Source: an uncultured Candidatus Saccharibacteria bacterium (GTDB lineage Bacteria; Patescibacteriota; Saccharimonadia; Saccharimonadales; Saccharimonadaceae). Taken from it: 64,000 nucleotides of DNA. The position numbers and the translations under genes are program-made. Position 1 is the first letter of the stretch; every line of letters starts with the position of its first letter. Below the pieces are notes generated by a model, which saw nothing but the letters and a program-made list of their open reading frames with translations, was not told the origin of the DNA and ran no database searches. The DNA is taken from assembly GCA_938043965.1 (NCBI GenBank), contig CALIQQ010000002.1, forward strand, positions 82,321 to 146,320, read 5' to 3'. Below are positions 49,186 through 58,628 of the stretch, one piece after another.

Positions 49186-52020
49186 ATGAATCTTGATTCT
49201 ATTTTACTATTTTTTACTACCGGTGCTTTTGACCCCACTCATCCAACTCTTGGTCAAGTTCTCGCCGCTAACTTAGGTTTAGTTTTTGCTCTCCTATTCT
49301 TCTTTATTACTTTTGAGATTGGCCGTTACCTTGTCGGCATTAAAATTTTTGGCAAGCAAAAGGCCTATAAAGCGATTATCCCTGTCTATGGCTTAATGCA
49401 ACTTTTTTATGCCATCAATCTAAAATCTTGGCTTGCTCTCATTTGCTATCTGCCAATTGTCGGCCTTATCCCATTTGCCATATTTAGTTTTCTTTTGCCA
49501 AAAGCATTTGCTACACCAACTTCCATCCAAATTCTCACCTTATTATTCCCATGGCTTGGCTTTAATTTGATCGGGTTCGATAAAAAATATGAATTTCAAT
49601 ATCAAAAAGGGAAGAATGTTGCATTTAAGAATGAATTTAGAACCGTAATGCCGGAAGAACTCTCTCCGGCAGTCACCGGTGATTCAGCTACCTCCGCACA
49701 AAACGGAACGCTTCTTGCTAATGCTTCTATGATTTCACGTGCCGCTTCCGCTGCTGCTGAGCAAACTCGCGTCATGCTGGAACAACAGGAGCAGGCGGCT
49801 CAGCTTGAAGCGATGCAGAAAAAACAAGCCGAAGAGGCTGCTAAAAAAGCTGAAAAACACAAAGCCGAAGAGTTTAAATATGATATTTTTGACAGTAACA
49901 GTAAAGAAGAAAAAGAATCTTCTGTGCTTGATTTTGAATTTAGAATGGTCAATGGTCGTTTTCAATCCGCTGGCCTTCAACCTATTCCGGCCCAGCCGGC
50001 TCAACCAGCGCAAACGAATTCAGTCCAGCCAATTCAACCAGCGCAACCAGCTCAACCAGTCCAGCCGAATTCAGCTCAGCCAGCTCAACCGTCCTCTACG
50101 AATCTGCTTGCTATAGCATTAGCCTTTGCGGTCTCGCTTATTTTCGCCCAAAACGCTAACGCCTCAAACGAGCTTACTCAAGTGCTCAATGCTAAAATTA
50201 GTCCAGTCATTTCCATTTCCGCTCCTGATGAGGTGAGGGTCTCGCTCGAACCAACTCAGCTTGGTAAGTTTGAATCGCAAGAAGTCAAAGTTAACATCTT
50301 TACTAATGCCATCTCTGGCTATGAGCTATATTTTTCATCCTACGACGAAGATACTAATTTGAAGCATGTAAATAATGCGATCACTAGAACTATTCCTTCC
50401 TCTTTTTCTGGTGAGCTTACCCCTGCGACTATGGCAAATAATACCTGGGGCTACTCGCTGAATAATACTAGTTTTAAAGCTGTACCAAAGCACTCTATTC
50501 AGGCTAAGCTTAAGGATCTAAAGACCTATCCATCCGGAGCTGATCTTGTTCAATCAGTCTATCTTGGCGTGAAGGCTAACTCAGAGATTCCTTCGGGCGT
50601 TTATACTAAAAGGCTTGTCTTTACTGCTCTTGCTCATGAAAATCCAAATAACTTTTTCAGTATTTTCCGTATGCAGGACATGACTAGTGCGCTTTGTGAT
50701 ACTGCCACTACTCCAGTTCGTACCGCAACGACTTTCGATACCGATGGTTCCCACCATGGCGATCCAAACTACGTCCCCACTGTAACCCTCACCGATACCC
50801 GAGACAATAATACTTACACTGTCTCAAAGCTCGCTGATGGTAAATGTTGGATGACGCAGAACCTTCGCATCGCTGGAAAAACCATCACCCCAGCCGACTC
50901 CAATGTGACGACTAGCTATACTATCCCAGCCTCTTCTCCCTCTGGCTTCATTGCACATGACACTTCAAATGCCTACGTCGACTCAGATGGCGGCTTATAT
51001 AACTGGTATACCGCTACTGCCGGCACTGGCACTCAATCTATGTCCTCAGGAAATACTACAAATTCGATTTGTCCAAAAGGCTGGAGACTGCCAACCGGTG
51101 GAAGCAGTGGTGAATTCCAAACTCTATATAATAACTATAATTCATTATCCGCCCTAAGATCTAGCCCAGTAAACCTCACCCTTTCCGGCGACGTGGGCAA
51201 TAGCACGCCTTACGGTCGGGGGTCCTACGGCAGGTATTGGTCCTCTACGGCACACTCGAGCGGCAACGCCTACCTTATATATCTGGCTGCCTCGAATGTC
51301 TACCCTGCGTACAACATCGGTACGTACTTCGGGTTTTCCGTACGTTGTGTCGCGGATGACAAACTTACTTTTGATAGTATCGCCAATATGCAGGATATGA
51401 CACCAGAGTTATGTGCCAATACAAAAGAACATCAAACTAAAACTTTAAGAGATATTCGTGATGATAATACTTATACTGTAGCTAAGTTAAAAGATGGCAG
51501 ATGTTGGATGACTCAAAGTCTCCGCATTGCCGGAAAAACTCTCACCTCGGCCGATTCCGACGTCACCTCAAACTATACCATCCCAGCTTCCTCTGGCTCT
51601 GGCTTTGGCACATACGACACTTCAAGTGTCTATGTAGACTCAGACGGTGGTCTCTATACCTGGTATGCCGCTACCGCCGGCACTGGTACCAAAGCTCTCT
51701 CTACCCAAGGCCAAAATACTACCGTCTCGATCTGTCCGAAAGGCTGGAGGTTACCAACTGGTGGAAATGGTGGTGAATTTGAAGCACTCAATAATAGATA
51801 TAGCTCCATTTCTGATTTAATGGCTAATGCAAACTTTACCCTCTCTGGCTTTTTGGGCGGTGGCTCGCGCGCAGATCAGGGCTCAGGCGGCTTCTATTGG
51901 TCCTCTACAGTAAACTCGAGCGACTACGCCGACTATCTATATCTAAACACCTCGAATGCCTACCCTGCACACTACAGCCATAAGTACAACGGGTTCTCCG
52001 TCCGCTGTATCGCTCGCTAA
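49186..52020 (+). CDS. fusion: DUF5684-like membrane domain + PAQ linker + TWGY domain + two tandem Fib_succ_major-like domains, putative DGR target
   Basis: KAIIPVY..LPIV..KAF..GF N-terminal membrane domain; two CWMTQ..ICPKGWRLPT..YWSS..GFSVRC units. Confidence 0.85.
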   Translation: MNLDSILLFFTTGAFDPTHPTLGQVLAANLGLVFALLFFFITFEIGRYLVGIKIFGKQKAYKAIIPVYGLMQLFYAINLKSWLALICYLPIVGLIPFAIFSFLLPKAFATPTSIQILTLLFPWLGFNLIGFDKKYEFQYQKGKNVAFKNEFRTVMPEELSPAVTGDSATSAQNGTLLANASMISRAASAAAEQTRVMLEQQEQAAQLEAMQKKQAEEAAKKAEKHKAEEFKYDIFDSNSKEEKESSVLDFEFRMVNGRFQSAGLQPIPAQPAQPAQTNSVQPIQPAQPAQPVQPNSAQPAQPSSTNLLAIALAFAVSLIFAQNANASNELTQVLNAKISPVISISAPDEVRVSLEPTQLGKFESQEVKVNIFTNAISGYELYFSSYDEDTNLKHVNNAITRTIPSSFSGELTPATMANNTWGYSLNNTSFKAVPKHSIQAKLKDLKTYPSGADLVQSVYLGVKANSEIPSGVYTKRLVFTALAHENPNNFFSIFRMQDMTSALCDTATTPVRTATTFDTDGSHHGDPNYVPTVTLTDTRDNNTYTVSKLADGKCWMTQNLRIAGKTITPADSNVTTSYTIPASSPSGFIAHDTSNAYVDSDGGLYNWYTATAGTGTQSMSSGNTTNSICPKGWRLPTGGSSGEFQTLYNNYNSLSALRSSPVNLTLSGDVGNSTPYGRGSYGRYWSSTAHSSGNAYLIYLAASNVYPAYNIGTYFGFSVRCVADDKLTFDSIANMQDMTPELCANTKEHQTKTLRDIRDDNTYTVAKLKDGRCWMTQSLRIAGKTLTSADSDVTSNYTIPASSGSGFGTYDTSSVYVDSDGGLYTWYAATAGTGTKALSTQGQNTTVSICPKGWRLPTGGNGGEFEALNNRYSSISDLMANANFTLSGFLGGGSRADQGSGGFYWSSTVNSSDYADYLYLNTSNAYPAHYSHKYNGFSVRCIAR

Positions 52021-52202
52021 GCTTCCCTAAAATCTAGCTAAAATTCGCTAGTTTTCACTTAATCTCTCCAGTATTTCTCCAATATCTCTCTTCCATTAGC
52101 ATTTCGGTTATGCTAAAATCAAAGTAGATTATAAAGTTTTTGGGTTAAATAAAGCTTGGTCTAAGAAAACTAAGTTCCATTAGAAAAATCAGGAGAAAAT
52201 CA

Positions 52203-53543
52203 GTGAAACTACATCAAAACCGGTTTAATATCAGTTTTCGGCTAACCACTAATTTTTCCATCTTCTCCCTCTTCCTCATCTTCGGTTTCACCATCCTTTC
52301 TATCTTCGCTCCTATCTTCGGCTCTAACGCTACTAATAATTCCACTCAAGAACTTGCTGCTGAAGTTAACCCTGTCATCTCCCTCTCCGCCCCCACTGAA
52401 CTAAGCTTTAACATTAACCCCACCGCCGCTGGTGTCTTCGATTCTAAAGAACTAAAAGTCAACATCTCCACCAATGCTATTAAAGGCTATGAACTCTATT
52501 TCTCCTCTGAAGACGAACAAACCAGCATGAAGCATACTACTCCTAGCATTACTCAATCCATCTCTTCCACCTTCACTGGCTCCCTTACTTCCAATAACAT
52601 GCAAAACAACACCTGGGGCTATTCTCTCAACAATACCGACTTTAAATCCATCCCAAAGAAAACTGAACAAGTTAAACTAAAAGACCTAAACACCTATCCT
52701 ATTCCAGCTGAACGCACCCAATCTATCTACTTCGGTGTAAAAGCCGATACCACTCTCCCTTCCGGTACCTACGAGAAGAATGTCGTCTTCACTGCTATCG
52801 CCCACGCTAACCCACCGAAGCCACAAAAAACTCTCCATAGTATTTCAACTATGCAACAGATGACTCCTGCGATCTGTACCGCCACTACTACCCCACTCGC
52901 TACCGCCACTCAACTCGACACGGATGGCTCCCATCAAGGCGATCCAAGCTACGTTTCAACTAAGACCCTAGTAGACACCCGAGATAACAATACCTATACC
53001 GTCTCGAAACTTGCTGATGGCAAATGCTGGATGACACAAAATCTCAGGATTATCAATAAAACCATCACTCCAGCCGACTCTGACGTCACCTCAAATTACA
53101 CTATCCCAGCCTCTTCTCTCTCCGGCTTCAATGCATACGATACCTCAAATGCCTATGTAGACTCAGACGGTGGTTTCTACAACTGGTATACCGCTACCGC
53201 TGGTACCGGTACCCAGTCCATGTTTTCAGGAAATACTACTGTTTCGATTTGTCCAAAAGGCTGGAGGCTACCAACCGGCAGAGATAGCAACAGTGAATTT
53301 CAAACTCTATATAATAACTATAATTCCTCCTCCGCCCTAAGATCTAATCCGGTGAACTTCATCCTTTCCGGCCGCGTGAACAGTAACTCGCACTACAGTC
53401 AGGGCTCAAGCGGCTACTATTGGTCCTCTAAGGTAGGCTCGAGCACTAACGCCTACTATCTAAGCCTGGGTGCATCGAATGTCTACCCTGCCCAAAACAG
53501 CAATAAGTACCTCGGGTTCTCTGTCCGTTGTGTCGCCCGCTAA
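52203..53543 (+). CDS. exported protein with C-terminal Fib_succ_major-like domain, paralog of 11392-12735, putative DGR target
   Basis: N-terminal ~210 aa almost identical to the 11392 gene; GTG start with SD aggag. Confidence 0.88.
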   Translation: MKLHQNRFNISFRLTTNFSIFSLFLIFGFTILSIFAPIFGSNATNNSTQELAAEVNPVISLSAPTELSFNINPTAAGVFDSKELKVNISTNAIKGYELYFSSEDEQTSMKHTTPSITQSISSTFTGSLTSNNMQNNTWGYSLNNTDFKSIPKKTEQVKLKDLNTYPIPAERTQSIYFGVKADTTLPSGTYEKNVVFTAIAHANPPKPQKTLHSISTMQQMTPAICTATTTPLATATQLDTDGSHQGDPSYVSTKTLVDTRDNNTYTVSKLADGKCWMTQNLRIINKTITPADSDVTSNYTIPASSLSGFNAYDTSNAYVDSDGGFYNWYTATAGTGTQSMFSGNTTVSICPKGWRLPTGRDSNSEFQTLYNNYNSSSALRSNPVNFILSGRVNSNSHYSQGSSGYYWSSKVGSSTNAYYLSLGASNVYPAQNSNKYLGFSVRCVAR

Positions 53544-53649
53544 GGCTTCGAGTCTCCCTGTCTAACTCCTGAAAAACATTGTATTACTCGCTGATACCTC
53601 CCCCACTAAATCTATTTGAGCCAATCCCTAAAAGGAGTATAATATAGGC

Positions 53650-54489
53650 ATGAAGAAGATTACAAAAGCTATTATCCCCGTTGCTGGTTGGGGCACACGC
53701 CGCCTCCCCATCACAAAAATTATCGAAAAATCCATGCTCCCAGTTGGCAATCGCCCCCTTGTTGATTATTCTGTCCAAGAGCTAATTGCAGCCGGTGTTA
53801 AGGATATCTATATGGTCATCTCAAACGTCGAGCCTTGCCAGGTCCAGGAATTCTATCGAGATAATCTCGCTTTAAATCAATACTTATTAGAGCGAGGAAA
53901 GGCGGACCGTCTTAAACTCGCTAAGACTTTACCTGATGGTGTTAATATCCACTATACCGTCCAAGACCCTTCTGGTCGCTATGGTACTGCTGTGCCGGTC
54001 GCTATGGTAGTCGAAGAATATAATATCAACGAGCCAGTTTTTTGTTTCATGGGCGACGACTTTATCTGGAATCCAGATGGCGAATCTTCTGCAACTTCTC
54101 TCATGAACGCTCTCCGAGATGAAGACGAGTCGGTCATTCTCGGTATCGACCATCCATACGAGGCGCTCTTGAATGGCGGCGCGCTCACTATTGTTGATGA
54201 AAAACTAGAGAAAATTACTGAAAAGCCCGCGCCAGACCAGGTTACCGGCCTCGCTTCAGTTTCGAAATACATTCTCTCCCCGAGCATGCTTAAGGAAATT
54301 TGTGATTACGTAAAGAATCATGACTTCGGTCCAAATGACCAAGAATATATGATTACTGATCCATTTGCTTCGTTTATTAAAAAAGGTGGCTGTATTCGTG
54401 TCGCTCGCACTAGCGGGGAATACCTCGATGGTGGTACGGTCGAAGGCTGGCTCCATGCTAATAACGTTATCTTAAATCACAAAGATTAA
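53650..54489 (+). CDS. galU: UTP--glucose-1-phosphate uridylyltransferase family
   Basis: KAIIPVAGWGTRRLPITK..KSMLP, GDD, EKP, YLDGG. Confidence 0.8.
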   Translation: MKKITKAIIPVAGWGTRRLPITKIIEKSMLPVGNRPLVDYSVQELIAAGVKDIYMVISNVEPCQVQEFYRDNLALNQYLLERGKADRLKLAKTLPDGVNIHYTVQDPSGRYGTAVPVAMVVEEYNINEPVFCFMGDDFIWNPDGESSATSLMNALRDEDESVILGIDHPYEALLNGGALTIVDEKLEKITEKPAPDQVTGLASVSKYILSPSMLKEICDYVKNHDFGPNDQEYMITDPFASFIKKGGCIRVARTSGEYLDGGTVEGWLHANNVILNHKD

Positions 54490-54557
54490 TTAGTCTGGAT
54501 TTTAAGTGCTTGGGTGGCTTGAGTTCTTCGAGTAGTCTAGACGGAATCTTAACCAAT

Positions 54558-54624
54558 CTATTTTTGCCGATCAATCTAAAAAGACATCGCCTTGATTAAC
54601 CTAGTTTTTGCCGAGCAATCTAAA
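54558..54624 (-). repeat. degenerate 44-bp-period duplication of the pgi 3' end
   Basis: tttttgccgaKcaatctaaa at 54561 and 54605. Confidence 0.75.
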
Positions 54625-55875
54625 CATTTCTTGTTTGTAGGCCTCGACCCCAGGTTGATTAAATGGATCGACTTGTTCAAATTTTGCCGAAATTGCACAG
54701 GCTAGTTCAAAGAAATAAATTAACGCCCCGAGGCTTCTCTCAGACAGGCTTGGTATAACTAGCTCTAATACTGGTATATGTTTTGCATGCGCCGTTATTG
54801 TTGCATCTTTCGCTTTTTCGTTAATGAATCCCAGTTCTTTTTCCTCTAGATATCTTAGGCCATCTAGATTTTCTGTCATTTTTGGCACAACTAATTGCGG
54901 GTTAATTCGTTTTAGGTTTTTTGGTGCCGGCATATTTTTAAAGGTTAAAATTGTCTCAAAAATGTTTGGACGCCCCTCTTGCATATATTGACCTAGCGAA
55001 TGTAAGTCAGTCGTGTAAATCGCGGTTGCCGGAAAGATCCCCTTGTCTTCCTTGCCTTCTGATTCGCCAAAAAGTTGCTGCCACCATTTTTCAAGGTATT
55101 CCATGCAAGGCTCAAAGCAAGCTAAGACCTCAACGTCATAATTTCTTGCTCTTAAAATATGTCGAACCGCAGCATACTTAAAGATAGCACTCGTGTTGTC
55201 AAAAGTGGTGATTGCAGCTTCTTCTTCACGTGCGCCAAACATCAATTCATCTATGTTGACCCCCGCCACTGCTAGTGGCAACAGCCCTACTGCAGTCAAA
55301 ACCGAATAGCGTCCACCAATGTTATCTGGCACCACAAATCGTTCGTAGTGATTATATAATGCCTCATCGTGTAATGCGCCAGCCTCGGCATCGGTGGTGG
55401 CGTAAATTCTTTGATACGCCGCATTTTCGCCGTATTTTTCAAATAACTTCTGTTTTAAGACACGAAAGGCGATTGCTGGCTCGGTTGTAGTGCCTGACTT
55501 TGAAATCACGTTAACAGAAAAGTCTTTATCGCCAATTTCATCTAACACTTTTTGTAAAGCGATGGTTGAAATCGCATTGCCGGCATAGAGCACTTTTGTG
55601 TTCGAGGTAACCTGCGATTCTAATGCGTCAATAATTGCCTTATGCCCAAGATATGATCCGCCAATCCCTACACAAACTAAGAACTCTGAGTCGCTCTGAA
55701 TTTTTTTTGCGGCCGCTTTAACACGCTCAAATTCGGATTTATCGTAGTTTTCCGGTAAAGTTAGCCAACCCGCCATCGGGTCGTTTTTTAGCTCGTCTAA
55801 CACTGTCTGCGCCGAGTTTGTTTGCACGGCTAAAATACTTGCATCAATATCACAATGAAATTTTAGATCTATCAT
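54601..55875 (-). CDS. pgi: glucose-6-phosphate isomerase
   Basis: GIGGSYLG, ISKSGTTTE, GGRYSV, QLFGESEGK, DLHSLGQ, DPFNQPGVEAYK. Confidence 0.97.
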   Translation of the reverse strand: MIDLKFHCDIDASILAVQTNSAQTVLDELKNDPMAGWLTLPENYDKSEFERVKAAAKKIQSDSEFLVCVGIGGSYLGHKAIIDALESQVTSNTKVLYAGNAISTIALQKVLDEIGDKDFSVNVISKSGTTTEPAIAFRVLKQKLFEKYGENAAYQRIYATTDAEAGALHDEALYNHYERFVVPDNIGGRYSVLTAVGLLPLAVAGVNIDELMFGAREEEAAITTFDNTSAIFKYAAVRHILRARNYDVEVLACFEPCMEYLEKWWQQLFGESEGKEDKGIFPATAIYTTDLHSLGQYMQEGRPNIFETILTFKNMPAPKNLKRINPQLVVPKMTENLDGLRYLEEKELGFINEKAKDATITAHAKHIPVLELVIPSLSERSLGALIYFFELACAISAKFEQVDPFNQPGVEAYKQEMFRLLGKN

Positions 55876-55931
55876 CTTTACCTCACTTCGTTTTATCTAT
55901 TATAGCATAATTGTGGTATAATCTAAGATAG

Positions 55932-56016
55932 GTCCGGATGGTGGAATTGGTAGACACGCTAGCTTCAGGTGCTAGTGCCTTACAGCATGAGGGTTCGAGT
56001 CCCTCTTCGGACACCA
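55932..56016 (+). tRNA. tRNA-Leu(CAG)
   Basis: gtccgga/ttcggac acceptor, ctagc-tt CAG gt-gctag, long variable arm, CCA. Confidence 0.95.
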
Positions 56017-56018
56017 AC

Positions 56019-56044
56019 AATAATCGCTTTTGCGATTATTTTTT
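56019..56044. terminator. bidirectional terminator hairpin
   Basis: aataatcgc-tttt-gcgattatt followed by tttt. Confidence 0.7.
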
Positions 56045-56061
56045 ATCGACCAGCATTTTAA

Positions 56062-56940
56062 CTATTTAGCTTTTTGATTTTTGCCATTTTTTGATTTTTG
56101 CCGCTCTCTTAATCGGCTTTTTGAGCTCATTCCAGTTTTTTTAGACATATATGCTAAAATATCTTGCGCAATCTCTTTTCTGATTTCTATTTTTTTAGCT
56201 AAATACTGAATTTTTTCCGCCCGTTTCATCAGCTTTCTCTGAGTGCCACGGAGCTGTTTTAATGCTCGTTTTTGCGCCAGTTTCATTTTCTTTAAAATCA
56301 TTCTAGCGATTTTTCTAGTTCGGCGAGTTTGTTTACGGTAATAGTTGAAGGCGTAACGCTTGATTTCTTCGGTCAAATCCACTTCACCACCTTTTAGCGC
56401 ATGTTTGATCGAGGCCGCCGCCGCATTGCTCATATAGTTGTCAATTAAAAAGATTACGGTCAAGCTAACCGTCAATGCTATTTTTGTGCCAAAGCTTAGA
56501 CCTAGCACTAGGTTTTTGATACTTGGATGGATAAGGTTGATTACAAGTAGGCCACCTAGTCCAAAGCCAAGTGACGTCATTAAGGATATTCTTCCGTGAA
56601 GCGTCGGATTAAACTTTGAGCGCTCGTAGCTCCACCATCTCACATGATAGATTTTTTCCATAATCAAGCTCGCAAGGTATTCAATCACACTGCAAATCAA
56701 AACTGCCATGAAAAATTCACCAGCCAGTCCGATATGATTAAACGGTTGCATAATAAAAATGACTGCTACTAGCCCCAATCCATAAATTGGACAGAGTGGC
56801 CCAAACAAAAAACCGCGATTCACCCATCTCATTGGCTTTGTTTTTAGTGAGCAATAACAAGATTCGAAAATCCAGCCCAGTATTGAGTAACTAAAAAAAT
56901 ACAGTATCCACTGCGACCAAGCATCCAGGAAATCAATCAT
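56062..56940 (-). CDS. putative ABC transporter permease (CmpB/DUF1113-like)
   Basis: FF.YS.LGWI.E, NRGFL.GP.CPIYG.G, RWWSY...N..GRI; basic C-terminal helix. Confidence 0.85.
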   Translation of the reverse strand: MIDFLDAWSQWILYFFSYSILGWIFESCYCSLKTKPMRWVNRGFLFGPLCPIYGLGLVAVIFIMQPFNHIGLAGEFFMAVLICSVIEYLASLIMEKIYHVRWWSYERSKFNPTLHGRISLMTSLGFGLGGLLVINLIHPSIKNLVLGLSFGTKIALTVSLTVIFLIDNYMSNAAAASIKHALKGGEVDLTEEIKRYAFNYYRKQTRRTRKIARMILKKMKLAQKRALKQLRGTQRKLMKRAEKIQYLAKKIEIRKEIAQDILAYMSKKTGMSSKSRLRERQKSKNGKNQKAK

Positions 56941-56985
56941 AAAACCATTATATCACTTGTCGTTTTATGCTAAAATAGAGTTAAT

Positions 56986-58590
56986 ATGAACAAGCTAAAA
57001 TATGGTGGGCCGGTTGTTCTTGTCGTGATGGACGGCGTTGGTCTTTCTCAAACTAAAATTGGTAACGCGGTTGCTTCCGCTCGCCTCGACTTTTTAAATC
57101 AGGCTATTCAAACTCAAAAAACAATGGCACTTCAGGCGTCTGGTGAAGCTGTCGGGATTTTAGCTGGGCAAATGGGTAATTCTGAAGTGGGTCACAATGC
57201 AATTGGCGCTGGGCAAATCATTAAACAGGGCATTGCTAAAATTGAGGACGAGTTTAGAACTGGTCAGATCTGGCGCTCGGAGGGCTGGCGTGGTGCGGTT
57301 GAGAATGTTCTAAAAAATCATTCGACCCTCCATTTTTCTGGCATTTTTAGCGATGGTGGTGTCCACTCTTCGATCGACCACCTCTTTAAAATGTTGGCTC
57401 GCGCTCAATCTGAAGGCATTAAAAAGGTGCGCATTCATCTTGTGCTTGATGGTCGTGATGTCCCGCCAAGGAGCGCTGAAAAATATATTAGACAACTTGA
57501 AGACTTTATTGCCGATCTGAAAACCAGCTCTCCTATCGAGCTAGACTATCGCATCGCGAGCGGTGGTGGGCGCATGATTTTCGTGGCCGATCGCTATGAA
57601 ACTGATTGGTCCATTGTTGAGCGTGGTTGGAACGCCATGGTCTATGGTCGGGCTGAATATTATTTTGACTCTGCGCTCTCTGCCGTCGAAGCTTTGCGCA
57701 AACAAGATCCTAGCCTTCAGGATCAATATCTTCCAGCCTTCGTCATCACTGAACAAAATCAGCCAATCGGATTAGTTAAAGCTAATGACAGCTTTATTTA
57801 TTATGATTTTCGAGCCGACCGCGCCATTGAGATTGCAGAGGCCTTCACCTACAATGACTTTGCCGGATTCGATCGTGGCACTCCAAATAATAGTCGCCTT
57901 GAGGTTTTCTTTGCTGGTATGACTGAATACAATTCTGATACTCATGTGCCAGAACATTGTCTAGTCCAGCCAGTAGAAATCCGAAACTCCCTCCATGAAT
58001 TTCTAGGCGAGCATCATGTCTCGCAGCTGGCTGTGGCTGAGACGGCTAAATTTGGTCACATCACCTATTACTTCAATGGCAATTCGTATGAGCGATACCC
58101 TGATGAACGTCAAATCGAAATTCCGTCCGATACTCTGCCTTATGACGAACGCCCATGGATGAAGGCCGCGGAGATTACAGATGCTTTGCTTAATGAGCTC
58201 GAACATTATCGATTCGTGCGTGTTAATTATGCTGGTGGCGATATGGTTGGACATTCTGGCAATTTGGCTGCCACAATTGTTGCTATGGAGGCAATCGATC
58301 TTCAGCTCGCTCGCATTGCTAAGCGCGTTGATGAGCTTGGCGGCATGATGATTATTACTGCCGATCATGGCAACGCCGAGGAGCTAATCGATGAATCTGG
58401 AGAAATTAAAACTGCGCACACAAAAAATCTCGTGCCATGCATTTTTTACGACAACACCAGTAATCGCAATCTTTACGAACTGAATCGACTAGCCGATGCT
58501 GGACTTTCTAATCTTGCCCCTACGGTAGCTAATTTGCTAGGTTTTTCTGAATTGCCAACTACTTGGCGACCATCCCTTATCCAGCTCTAA
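56986..58590 (+). CDS. gpmI: 2,3-BPG-independent phosphoglycerate mutase
   Basis: VMDGVG, GQMGNSEVGH, SDGGVHS, DGRD, FRADR, DMVGH, TADHGN. Confidence 0.97.
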   Translation: MNKLKYGGPVVLVVMDGVGLSQTKIGNAVASARLDFLNQAIQTQKTMALQASGEAVGILAGQMGNSEVGHNAIGAGQIIKQGIAKIEDEFRTGQIWRSEGWRGAVENVLKNHSTLHFSGIFSDGGVHSSIDHLFKMLARAQSEGIKKVRIHLVLDGRDVPPRSAEKYIRQLEDFIADLKTSSPIELDYRIASGGGRMIFVADRYETDWSIVERGWNAMVYGRAEYYFDSALSAVEALRKQDPSLQDQYLPAFVITEQNQPIGLVKANDSFIYYDFRADRAIEIAEAFTYNDFAGFDRGTPNNSRLEVFFAGMTEYNSDTHVPEHCLVQPVEIRNSLHEFLGEHHVSQLAVAETAKFGHITYYFNGNSYERYPDERQIEIPSDTLPYDERPWMKAAEITDALLNELEHYRFVRVNYAGGDMVGHSGNLAATIVAMEAIDLQLARIAKRVDELGGMMIITADHGNAEELIDESGEIKTAHTKNLVPCIFYDNTSNRNLYELNRLADAGLSNLAPTVANLLGFSELPTTWRPSLIQL

Positions 58591-58628
58591 GCTTTACATT
58601 ATTATTCATACTGTGATATAATTTTAGT

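Noticed and set aside
52021..52060. DGR-type hairpin downstream of the variable regions
   Set aside because: Only a weak ctagc/gctag stem follows one gene; there is no equivalent after 12735 or 53543.
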